Origin: Mytilus trossulus
Lineage: Eukaryota
Direction: 5' to 3'
NCBI RefSeq assembly: GCF_036588685.1
Contig: NC_086382.1
Span: 6,386,001-6,450,000 of the forward strand
DNA length: 64,000 nt
In this document: positions 37,532-49,764 of the stretch, piece after piece
Position numbering within the stretch: position 1 is the first letter of the stretch
Layout: each line of letters starts with the position of its first letter
Translations under genes and position numbers: made by a program
Notes under the pieces: model-generated
Database searches by the model: none
Told to the model about the DNA's origin: nothing
Seen by the model: the letters and a program-made list of their open reading frames with translations, nothing else

Positions 37532-39436
37532 AGAGTGAACTCGTGTGCTCTGCAAAGTTCAGCAGGTTTCCAAAATAGTGTTACAGGCGAAGTTGATCAG
37601 AAGAAGTTAAATATGGTGATAGGATGCTTTCAGTGACATGACTTTAACGTGTTTTGGCGTACACATGTATACGCACTATCTGAGATGCTTTAATACCAAA
37701 CTTTATATTGGGTCAAACCCAGAACCTAACTGCAACTTATAATTTGTGCTATTAACTACGAGACCATCCGTATAAAATTTGAATCTAAACTATACATTCC
37801 ATTCTCAATTTTATACAAAGAAACAACAAAATTATTCACAATTTACTCTGTATTCAAAAGTCTTATCTATATAAATTTAACATATATTATCATCTGAGGT
37901 CCCAATGTATCAATCAAACTGTAACCTTTCTGATGTTATAATTTGTATGTTCTTCTGTATACTTTTGTATATACAGCGGTTTATCAGAATTAAGTATATA
38001 TATTATATTTAAGTTGAAAAGAAACCGAGACTTCAACTTATAAACCACAATCAATGCTCCAAATACCGAGTCTGGAAATTCTTAGTCTCCGAGACATCAT
38101 ATATATGTGCCATAAACGGTCAGCCAAGTCATGATGATGTCCCTAAATTTAAAGCGATTGGGATGTGGTTGGATTGCTGGCGCCCAGATATTTAACCCAC
38201 ATATTTTGAGTTAATAAAGAGATACATGGAACACGTCTATGAGAAAGCAACCCAACGAAATAAATTACCAACTAAACGTAGAGGTAAACACAATGTCTTC
38301 AGCAATAGTGTGTATAAATCATACCAAGCTCTTATAATCACTATGAAGTATATTTTATACAAACAAGAAATAAAAAAGAGAGAGCAACTTTGGCACTTTA
38401 TCGGTCAGACCTAAACAGATAAAGAATATGGAACATGTAAACACGGCGGGTCTCAAAATTTGGACAGCAACTGCTTTTTCCGGTTATAAAATTTAATGTT
38501 GTATGTGTCCACTTATGTTGGTATAGTGTACTCTGTCAATTAATGAAATAATCTGCACTGTCACATATGGAAGAGGCAGCATACCTTTTTAATTGTAAGA
38601 TATATCATTTCTGAGCATAAAATCGTCCCACACAAAAAAAATCCATTCACTTCACTCGGCAGTAGTTATTCCGTTTCATGTAAATACACACCCTTTTCAA
38701 TCATGGATCCGCCCTGTTCTGTTTAACGTTGTTGTTACATTTATATTTAACATCAAACTTATCTGGTTCTGGTGGATTAATTGTATTTGATAGTAGCTAG
38801 AAATATAATCATACTAGTACATTTCGTCTCAAAGTTTATGTTGTCCAATACTAATTGCAACTTTTGTCAAAGGTTTGTTTCTTACAATATCGCGTCTGTT
38901 CATTGTACAGATATCTTATACGGCATCGATTAAATAATCGCATTGTTATAGCGTCTGATATATAAAACTCTGTGAGTTTAGTCTGTTTATGTGATATCCA
39001 TTTGAAGTGACTCTCATGACTTTTAAACTGGTGCGCACGACTTTTAAAAGTATGTGCACGACTTCGAAAATGCATCCCATCATTGTGTTATTGATCTGTA
39101 TTTCTTTATTTCATTTTGCTTACGTGCTTTGTCTATATGACTTTTTTTGTTTCTTTGATCTTTTTTAGAAGAAATCCATACTAAGCATATACATGTCGAG
39201 AAGAAGAACAAGGGAAACTTCTAATTGGGGTTCTGCAGAGGATGTGCCTTCAATTAGTTTATATCTACCTGTGTGACGTCAAACGCGATTCTACATCAGA
39301 GTTAATGTTAATCTAAGCATGTGTCTGTCAAGGTAAGGAGTCAGTCCCTGTACTTAAAAAATCTTTCAATCCTTTATGGGTAGATTTTACATATGAATAA
39401 AATCGGATAATAAAAAAGACAACGAATGAGGTTGTT

Positions 39437-39530
39437 AATAGTTATCAAAGGTATCAGGATTATAATTTAGTACGCCAGACGTGCGTTTCGTCTACATTAA
39501 ACGCATCAGTGACGCTCATGTCAAAATATT
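39437..39530 (-). repeat. Truncated family B retrozyme-like copy, ribozyme core mutated
   Basis: AATAGTTATCAAAGG...TACGCCAGACGTGCGTTTCG...CGCATCAGTGACGCTC. Confidence 0.75.
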
Positions 39531-39622
39531 TAAATTTAAAGTTGTTAAGTTTGATGTATCATAATGCCTTTTAGGCTTCTTTGTTACATTTGTTTGTTTT
39601 ATGGTGATTAAGATAATGACAT

Positions 39623-40328
39623 AGACAATAACTGTTTAGTGTCTTTAAATATCAGCTGTATTTGTACGAGGCTAGGAAACAAGGTGTATGCGAGCTTTTA
39701 GCGAGCTAATACATCTGTTTCGAGCCGAGTACAAATACAGCTGATATTTAAAGACACTAAACAGTTATTGTCTTTATCCTGCAATTAAATCTGAATATTG
39801 TTTGTGTTTTGAAAGACACAAAAACTAACATATTTAGCATTTATTTTCGATTTGTAATCCTTAAAAGCCCGCGTAGTAATATCAAAATTACACATTACGC
39901 TGAAGACGGGTTCGCAAAAAAGAATCTCGAATGGTCAACAATAATACATCGCTCAAGGTGAATAATTATATATTTAAACATAACAACTAATGTCAACCGT
40001 TAAAACAAATAACAAAACATTGTCAAATTTGAAACAGAAGTGTACGAGTTGTCATACGCTTCAGACTTGACATTCACTAAACATGCATGCTGAAATTGAC
40101 ATGGTTGATTTTGTAACACAATCATACGCATTCAAGTTTTGAAATCGACAATTGTCATCGTCATTGGAATGCAACTGGAATACACATTCTGAGGTCACAC
40201 AGGTTCAAACGTTACTCAGTCCAGCAGTGGGCGAAGCTTCAAAGCGATATCTGTATAGTAAACAGATACAGCAAAGCGATATCTGTAGGGATGTATCTGT
40301 ATAGTAGGACACCCAATTGCAGGATAAA
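39623..40328. mobile_element. Long-hairpin non-autonomous element 1 (possibly Crypton-type)
   Basis: ~150-bp palindrome 39623-39773 plus inverted pair TTTATCCTGCAATT (39773) / AATTGCAGGATAAA (40315). Confidence 0.65.
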
Positions 40329-40341
40329 TAATGTAAACTGC

Positions 40342-40740
40342 TTTATTTCTTATGCAGCAAAAATACTGAAATCTGATTGGTTACTTACCCGGGTGTAAAT
40401 AATACCCAACCATGGTTCACCCCAGGATTAATAAAATTTTGCTAAATATTTCAGAATTTTTTTTTCCAAGATAAAGAAAAAAGAAGAAAAAAAAAATTTA
40501 TATAAAATGTCAGAAAAATTTAAAAAACAAAATTTTTTTATTACCATTTTTTAATTTTACATCCTGGTTCCAAAAGAAATTGCTCATAAGAAATAAATTT
40601 GTTATCTTGGTGTAATCAGGGGTGTTCAGATTTTTACACCGTTGTTGAAAATTCATACACTCTGAGGCGCCTCAGGGTGTATGAATTTTCAACAACGGTG
40701 TAAAATTCTGTACACCCCTGATTACACCAAGATAACTAAT
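40342..40740. mobile_element. Long-hairpin non-autonomous element 2 (same architecture, mirror orientation)
   Basis: TTTATTTCTTATG (40342) / CATAAGAAATAAA (40585) plus 136-bp palindrome 40601-40736 centred on CTGAGGCGCCTCAG. Confidence 0.65.
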
Positions 40741-41545
40741 AGTACCCCTATTATTATTTTTTTCTATTTTTACATATTTTGTCTGTTTGTTTTGTTCACG
40801 TATCGTTGTCAATATAATGGAATTTGATGCAACTGTCATACAAGTGAGAGATTTATCTGGTTATAAAACCAAGTTCAATCCACCATTTTCTACATAAGAT
40901 CATACTTAATTTATGCAGGAGTATGATAGCTGTTATTCATTCGTTTGGTGTGTTTGAGATTTTGAGTTTGCCATTATTTTGATTAGGGACTTTACTTTTT
41001 GAATTTTCCTCGGAGTTCAGTATTAATGTGATTCTACTTTTTCGGACCAAATGTATAATAGTAATTATATCTATGGTAGGACAAACGGAATATAATAGCT
41101 AACAAATTCGACATATAAAATGTAAATGTCCCCATGATATCTTCCGATTCGTTTTTATAATCCAAACTTCGCCACAAGTTAAGGACAAGTGCCACTTACA
41201 ACAAATACAATTTAATGTATATAGTAAAGGCAGTATTCAAATTTAAATATAAGAATAAAAAGATGTGATATGATTGTCAAGAAGACAATTCTCCACCAGA
41301 AACCATATGATAAAGAAGTTAGCGACTATATGTTATCAGACAGTTGTATCATATGTCTCTGATGTCACCGTACGGCCTTTAAAAATTAGCAAAACCCAAT
41401 ACCTCGAAATGATAAAATTAATGCTTTACAATTCACACGATAAATCTAACAATCTGATGTATGTACAAAACAACAAACAGAAAAAAAACTAAACTTACAT
41501 AGCAGGCATTGCCTGGGACAGGCACATACAGTCGACTTAGAATAT

Positions 41546-41727
41546 ATAGTTATCAAAGGTACCAGGATTATAATTTAATACGCCAGACGAGCTTCTCATC
41601 TACATAAGACTCATCAGTGACGCTCAGATCAAAACAGTTATAAAGCCAAACAAGTACAAAGTTGAAGAGCATTGAAGACACAAAATTCCAAAACGTTGTG
41701 CCAAATACGGCTAAGGTAATCTATTCC
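41546..41727 (-). repeat. Truncated family B retrozyme-like copy downstream of gene 4, GAAA core mutated
   Basis: Aligns to the 20623-20810 segment. Confidence 0.8.
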
Positions 41728-42151
41728 AAACTATATATATTCGATGAAAATGAAATGAAAATGTCTCTCATCATCAGTGTAAATGAACCAAGTCTGTTAA
41801 TATATAAGACAGACAATTTTTTTTTATCTGAAAACTTAAAACAACATAAAGTTTTATTCTATTAACACCAACATAACACAGAAAATTGCAAAAAGCATGC
41901 AGCTTTTATTGTCGTTCCCTTGTATCTACTTTTCTAATAATACACATGTTTGATTACAGGTTCATATACATGAAAATATAGTTTTACAGATGAATAAAAT
42001 GCAATTACAAAATACGTTTTGTAAGGATTTGTTCATGAATGACTTTTTATAAAACAACGTCATATTGCACTTGCTCGTGTAACCGAACAATGATTGTGTG
42101 TTTGTTATGCAGAATTCCTTTTCAGTTCGTCTTGCATGGTTTGAAAACTGC

Positions 42152-42243
42152 TTATCGGCCAATAACTTTACCATTAACACTGTCACAGTACATCCCAATA
42201 TTTTTTACTCTGCATTTAGGACTACCCATAGGCTCGCATATTC
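42152..42243 (-). CDS. Temptin-like gene 4, exon 3
   Basis: TTTTAG acceptor; (G)ICEPMGSPKCRVKNIGMYCDSVNGKVIGR*. Confidence 0.85.
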
Positions 42244-43013
42244 CTAAAATCATACACAAACATTCATTGATTGTATCAAATGACTATTTATAATAGCTTT
42301 GTATTTATAATCTTAATATTTTGCAAAAATTAAAATCACAAAAATACTCAACTCCGAGGAAAATTGATAACGGAAAGTCCCTAATCAAATGGCAAAATCA
42401 AATAATAAAACACATCAAACGAATGGACAGTAACGGTATTGTGTTTCGTCTTATTTTTTTGTATGTATTTGCTGTTTTTTGTTTTGTTTTCAACATCTTT
42501 TGTTTTTGTTAATTTTTGATGGAATTCAATTTCGTTGAAAACATATTTTGTTTTGATATGTATTACTACTAACAATTCATATGAGCTCCAATCATCAGCA
42601 GGGATTTTAACACAAAACCGGAATAATATGTTCTTTTTTTTAGGGGGTCGTTTCATACTATTGTGTTGCTGCCTCATGGATGTTAAACCACATGTTGTTA
42701 TGATGTGATCTGTACAATAAGATACCTGTATGATTTAAAAGGAGCTGCATGAAAAATTAAGATAAAAATACAGACAGAAATATGTGTGAAATAAAGGCAA
42801 CAGTACTATACAGCTGTCCGATAGTCAATAATCGACTTAGACTATTGTTTTACACAAATTCAGTGCTTTTGTCTATATTATGACAGCCATGTTTTATTAA
42901 TGAAGGACGTCAGAGTACCCGGATAGAAAAACAGACTTTTGGCAGGAAATCTTTAACAATTTAAATAAGCTTTCTTAATGGTGTGTACAGTATGCACTCT
43001 ACAGTTTACTAAC

Positions 43014-43170
43014 CTGGATGGCCAGTGGCATTAAATATCACCGGGTTTATTGCTTCAATGTACCATTCACATTTTGGATCTCCTAGTTCTTCACCATTGG
43101 TTTTACCGTCCCCATCAGAATCCATTTCACAAAGGTTAACAGTCCATTTGAAATTAGCATAGAAAAAGTC
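43014..43170 (-). CDS. Temptin-like gene 4, exon 2
   Basis: AG|DFFYANFKWTVNLCEMDSDGDGKTNGEELGDPKCEWYIEAINPVIFNATGHPG|GTTAGT; 157 nt. Confidence 0.9.
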
Positions 43171-43494
43171 CTACAAAATAATCCCCATTAAAGTTTCAAT
43201 TTACATACTGTTTGAAAGGTGATGTGTCTTTTTGATATATTTTTGTTTTAATTTCTAGATACATATATTGCATACAATGAATTGTCTATATCAAATTGAA
43301 ATCAATGAAATTAACGAATTTAAATTTTATAATATATATTTAGTTTTACAACCGATTATTTAGGGAAAGGTAATACTAATTTGGCTCTCTGGTACCACAT
43401 CAAATTTAAAATGACAGTAAAGCCACATGTGCGTAGAACAACCAACATATATATGCCAAGTTTATCACAATTGTCATGAAAACCAAAAGCTCAC

Positions 43495-43674
43495 CTGTCC
43501 GAAACTGTTCCTGGGACCGCTTCCTGCTTCACTTTTATGTCCAACAGCAAGCCATATGTACGAGCCTCCTTTACAGGGATCTGGGACTTTGTTACCATTT
43601 GGAATTTTCCCTTGAAACCACGGATATCCATATGTTACAGAAATAAGGAATACAGAAATTGCAATTTGACGCAT
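43495..43674 (-). CDS. Temptin-like gene 4, exon 1
   Basis: MRQIAISVFLISVTYGYPWFQGKIPNGNKVPDPC...AVGH...RNSFGQ|GTGAG; 180 nt. Confidence 0.9.
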
Positions 43675-43724
43675 TTTTAATATTTGCAATTTTCAAAAAC
43701 TCTGTTCTGTCAACCCTGAATTTA

Positions 43725-43897
43725 TTGTATATAAAAATTTCAGAATTGCGTTTTATTTATATATAACGTTAACAGAATTTTGACCTAAAAAAATCAGTCG
43801 ATAACATTTTTATAAGAATTGAAACCAATTAATCAAAAGACGTCACATGCCAAAATACATTTAAGATGGTGCGTGAGTGTATGTAAATAGCCATTGC
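43725..43897 (-). promoter_or_regulatory. Putative proximal promoter of temptin-like gene 4
   Basis: TATATAAA on minus at about 43756-43763; CAGTCGATAACATTT (43795) and TGTAAATAGCCATTGC (43882). Confidence 0.55.
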
Positions 43898-44095
43898 AAA
43901 GCTATAAAATTAATAGGAAACCTTTTTTCATTTCAAGGTGAAACTACGGGGAGTATGTGTCGTATGACTTAATAATAGATTTTTTTTTAAATCTTAAGAT
44001 ACGTTTTTCTATCCACGACATGTACATGATAAAGTTAACGTTGGATTGCTTTTTCAAAAGCCATGCACTAACGTATTGAGTGCATGATTTAACAT

Positions 44096-44239
44096 AATAG
44101 TTATCAAAAGTACCAGGATTATAATTTTATACGCCAGACGCGCGTTTCGTCTACATAAGACTCATCAGTGACGCTCAGATCAAAATAGTTAAAAAGCCAA
44201 ACAAATACAAAGTTGAAGAGCATTGAGGACCCAAAATTC
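44096..44239 (-). mobile_element. Truncated family B copy with intact hammerhead (44131-44174) upstream of gene 4
   Basis: ACGCCAGACGCGCGTTTCGTCTACATAAGACTCATCAGTGACGC, identical to 11222-11265. Confidence 0.85.
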
Positions 44240-47200
44240 ATAAGTCATGAAAAGAAAGTTAGGAAGTCAGAAAAGGTCTGATATCAGCATCGTCTTATTA
44301 GGTTGGTCCATCCTTTATCGCTTTATTGTCACTTCCTGGATGACGTCTTTCTTATATATCCCTTCTTGGTAGGTTCCAATATCAGAAACATCGTAAAAAT
44401 TGTCATATTTGTTCAATTTACTGTTTATAATGTTTTAATTGTCACATGTCTGATAAAAACTTGCTTACATTTATATGCATTTAAATTTTTTAAAGGTTTA
44501 ATTCTATCAGGACTATCATTATTGTTCATATATTTTGAAAACTGTATTTCATCTTTAAAGGGAGTTTCCATTCCTCCCCCTTTCAAGTTGTTTTTGTATT
44601 AAGACAACTTTATTGTCAGATTGAAAGATACTATATGATGTTTAGCAGATTTTAAAAATTAGCTGAATGCCAAAATCAAAAACTTTATTGGAAAATTGAT
44701 AGTGTTTGAATGTTAAAGTGTATAAATATGTTTTTTGATGGCTTCTAAGAAATACATGTACCTTGTCAGAAGTATGACAGTTGTTTTCCATTCGTTTGAT
44801 CTGTGTGAGCTTGTTTTTTTCGTAATGGTATTCCGTTTTGAAATTTCCTTGAAGTTTGTTATGTTTTGTTATTGTACTTTTTATAATTAAATCTTTGAGA
44901 GCTCTCAAAATATAAAGGCTCAATTAAGAAGAAAACAAAAATATGTAAAAAAAAAAACCAACTAATGCAATGGTCCAGAAATATTAACAATAAAATTAAT
45001 AAGTCAATGAAAGTGTTGCTTGTTGATAAGTATAGAACAAATTAGGCATTATATAGAAATAACAGATTTGTGATTAAAAAAGAAAGCACTGACTTGTGAT
45101 CCCTTTTCAAAAAAGATACATCTAAAGCATTACAGGATCGGTAATTTTCGGATCTTCTCATAAAAAGTGAGTAGCATATTTTACTTCAATGCCGATATAT
45201 AATTTGGCATTACATATTACAATCGTAAAGTAAAAATCACAAAAATACTGAAACTGAACTCCAAGGAAAATACAAAACGGAAAGTCCCTAACCGAATGTC
45301 AAAATCAAATAATAAAACACATCAAACGAATGGACAACAACTGTTTTTTTTCCTGACTTGGAACATTATTATATTAAAATAGAAGGTAAATTGTGTCGTA
45401 TTCCGATCTTCTACCTACCCCCTTCCCCCCCAAAAAAAAATAACCAATGAATAAGTTGAAGTGTTTCGAACGGGTAACAAATTCGTGTCGTATCAATAAA
45501 TACCAAGGCTACTTATACAATAAACGTAGAACCAGCTAGAAACACACTCAAAAATACAATTTCGATCATTTTTTATTGTTTGACCTCAAAATTTATAAAA
45601 AACATAAAAAAAAAATGAGTTAAACAATAGCCAATACAACATTTTATACGAAGTTCATTTTCTTTCAAATGCTTTAACTATCCCAGCATTTCACGCAAAC
45701 ATACTCAGAAAAGTCCTCTAAGGGAACGACAGCATACTAAGAAATCCCCTTTTAGAGACACAATTATTAAATATCACATTAGCTAAAGTGACTTTCGATG
45801 TTCTGCTAGTAGCGGTAGTAGACTACAATAAAGATGTATCATGGAAGATTAGAAGAAAGAACGCTAAAGATACTCAAGATTGAGTTCAAAATATTGTTGT
45901 ATTGGTATGTAAATATTGACACTTTACTTCCGCGATGTTAGTGTGGGAATTTATCTTGACTTTTGGTCATGAGATTTAATTGTTGTTAAATTGTAAATAA
46001 TGCGATAAGAGTGGGTTTGCATGACGTCACATTGATTCCCACGTAGCAAGTATAAACACCTTATATCTACATATTGGTGTGCCAAGATACCACATGCATT
46101 GTGTATAATGAAGTATGTATTAAGGAAACCGACATCAACATGAAAAAGGGTACCAAAAAAATAAAAGATGTGGTATGATTGCCAATGAGTCAACTTTCTA
46201 CCAGAGAAAAAAATGACACAGAAGTTGCTGACTACATTTCGCCGTATGACTGTCTGCAATGAGCAAAACCCAAGATATTGAAGGCCCTTTTACAATGTAA
46301 ACAAGAAAAATAAACGAAAAACAAATATACATGTAATATACAGATACACACGACAATCACCGAATTACGTTCTCCATACTTGGTACTGTATTTTACAGAA
46401 TATGACATGGGTTAAACATGTTAGCGGGTAACCAAATTTCCCATGACCTGGGACAGTGGTGTAACGTCACAAAAAGAACAAACTATAAGAAGCAATTCAC
46501 AAGGCTTAACACCTACATGTATCTCCCTCTTTGAATTTAGATACAAAAAAAATCATACAAGGACGAGGTTTCAAAATTGTAGAAACCTTGCTTAAACTCG
46601 AACTTGAATACTAGGTATTCAATAATCAGTCATGTCATTCAAATAATAACCATTTTTACTATATCAATAACTTACATTAAAAAAATACGACATTTCAAAT
46701 TTCAATTGTTTTTCTAAAAAAGTTAACTCAAAGAACATTTTTTTCATAATATTATTATTATATTGAACAGTTTTTATTTTTCAATTTGGGAAAAATAATG
46801 ATCCAACTCCCACACTGGGTGTAGATAATTAGAAAATATGACATTTATATAATCTTGAACTATATATATTATGTTTATTTAACCACCGAAAACAGATGTC
46901 AAAGGGCGTTCACATTTATGCCATAAATATATTCTATTTCAATTATCAAATTTAATAACCAAAACATTGCAGATCTTCACACTTGTTGGTTTGTTTATAA
47001 CAATGTTGAGGGTGGTACATGTTGAAGGTGATTAACGACATTAGTATTTGTATAACAAGAATAGCACTGTTTACCAATGACAAAGCTGTCTTGTACACTT
47101 CATACAATTCAAATAAATAAATTGTTTGCATGAATTCAGTTTGCTGAATTAGTAAAATAATTTTTAATATGAAACAGTCCCCCCCACAATTTGATTTTTC

Positions 47201-49514
47201 TTACAGTCAATTTTCAGACTAATTTATTGCGGTAAATTCAGAACTATTAACACAATTCGCTTACAGTCAATTAAGATCAGCCCTATCAAGGACTGTTTAC
47301 GGGTTGTTGTTTGCCTGACCACACAAACAATATTCTGAAATTGAAAAATTAAAGGCGTATTGTCTGAACAAAGACAACTTTTTTAAAAACAGCGAAGACG
47401 TCTAAAATTTGACTAAACGACTAGAAATGACTGACTATTTAGTTGATCCGATTTTTCAGATAATTTTAAGATCGAAATTACCGTTTAAGACTAAAATTGA
47501 TAAACAAGACGTGCTTGTACTAGTTCTTATATTTCACGAACGTATTTCCTTAGTTGTTACATGATACCTACCTGTATCCGTTTCTTTTATGTTTTGGGTA
47601 TAAAATAGTAATAAAAAAATCTGGAAGAGTGGACTAAAATTTTTTTCGATGTTTCTGACATTGGAACTCACTATGGTTACAGAAATTTAATGTGTACGAA
47701 GGCGCAATCAAGAAAATGACAACACAGTGCAAACTGATAACGCATGGACAAACCAAATATACCGTCGCTAACACCAGACTCTTTTTGACTTTCTTTAAAT
47801 TATCCAATCACTGTGACCACTTACTGGTGATTTGTCATACATAGATGGTATGTTACTTGAAATGGGATGATTTTTAATGATTTCATTGGACGAATTTTGA
47901 GTAGATATATGAGGCAGTTATCATCATCATTATTAGAAGTTGCATACTCTCAGAAATATTTGTTTACAATCATTAATGGGCCAACGACGACCATTCCTCT
48001 TTTGCGAAAGGAATTATATGATATATACTATATGGCATACAAATAAACAACAACATAATCTTATTAATACCCGTGCAAATGGATTTTAATATTTTTCATA
48101 TTTATTTATACCTATCGCAACCTTTTATCTTTTGTTCATGAGGTATTAATTTGTTGTGTGGCCGAGATAAAATAGAAAACATTGGAACGTAAGAAGGAAA
48201 TCAACTCTAAAAGACTCTAAAAGAAGGTTTATATATTTACGTCACAACAGAACAGTATTCTTGTTTGAATACACAAATTGATTCTCAAATATTAATCTAT
48301 TGAATAAGATCAAAACCTCGCCATAATTCGTTCTCATATGAAATGAAGCGTAAAGGAGACAAAATTGTCCGTACAAAGACAATGATAAAACCACTATACC
48401 GTATTGTTAGCTATAAAAGATCCTTACAATTCAAAAACGTGAACAATTCAAACAAAATGAAAAGCAACAACATTAAAACAAATGACAAATTTAGGCAAAA
48501 AACATATGGCATTCCATGTACATAAACCAACGACAATCACTTTAATTATAGGCTCTAAATTTGGGGCAGGTGTTAACTGAATGTGGCTGAGGTCAGACAT
48601 GTTTGTGAGTGCTCAATTTTTCCTTAACCTGGGACAGTTGTGTTACAGCATAGCATAAGAACTAACAAAACAAAAAAAGACAAAACAAGACAAAACACAA
48701 CACAACAATCTCAAAATCAGCTGGAAATGGCTTGACTCAACAAATAGTCTTGATTGGCAAAAGTAATTAATATAAGAAATGACAAGACGTTAGGGAATAC
48801 TAAACATACATTATAGAATTCTAAATAAAAATCATATTGGAGAAACGCAGAGTTATTCATTTATTTACAACTGTCAGGTAAGGTGTAATTCGGTAGCTCA
48901 TTTAAATAAAAAGTACGACAAAAACAGACAAATTCAGTGTACAAAAAAACGATGGTATTAAGTAAAAAACACCGACAGAAAACACTTACAGAAAGCAAAA
49001 GATAACTGGCAACACGAACCCCGCCTTAACTAGTTAGTGAACTTTCCGACAAGAAGTTAAATGTTTAAGGATGTCGAAGTATTATACTAGTAATTGAGTA
49101 ACGTTTTTCATGACATCATGGTCTTAATTTGAAATGCTATTTTGGTGTCATATTAAAAACAGGCCTGCGTACCCTTTCGAAGCACCCGAAATCATCCCCA
49201 TTTTTTTTGTTGGATTAGTTTAATTTGCTCAGTCTTCAGTTCGCTATGTTGTGTTTTGTGTCCTGTTGTTTGTCTTTTTATCGTATTTAGTTAGTTAGGG
49301 ATGTTTTGCCATCGCATTATCGTTAAGTTTGGCACTTAATATCCATTTAAAAGTTTAAATATCAATGTGTTCCTCTTGCTTCATTCTCATTTTGTGTATC
49401 TGAAGCAATTAGATATATAAGATGAATATTAGTGCCAATGAGACAATTCTCCATCCAAGCCACAATTTGTTAAAGTAAACCTGTATAGGTCAAGGTACGG
49501 TCTTCAACACGGAG

Positions 49515-49764
49515 CCTAGGCTGACACCGAACAGAAAGCTTTAAAAGGCCCGAAAAATGGCATATATATTGTTTTGAATATGATTCGGACCGGGTGTTCG
49601 TAGACGTACCCATTTAACTCTTTAATTATTCAACAGAACCCTAGGCTGACACCGAACAGCAAGCTTTAAAAGGACCCGAAAAATTGCATATATATTGTTT
49701 AGAAAGTGATTCGGACCGGGTGTTCGTAGACGTACCCATTTAACTCTTTAATTATTCAACAGAA
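49515..49764. repeat. Tandem duplication of about 125 bp
   Basis: CCTAGGCTGACACCGAACAG...TTATTCAACAGAA occurs twice. Confidence 0.85.
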
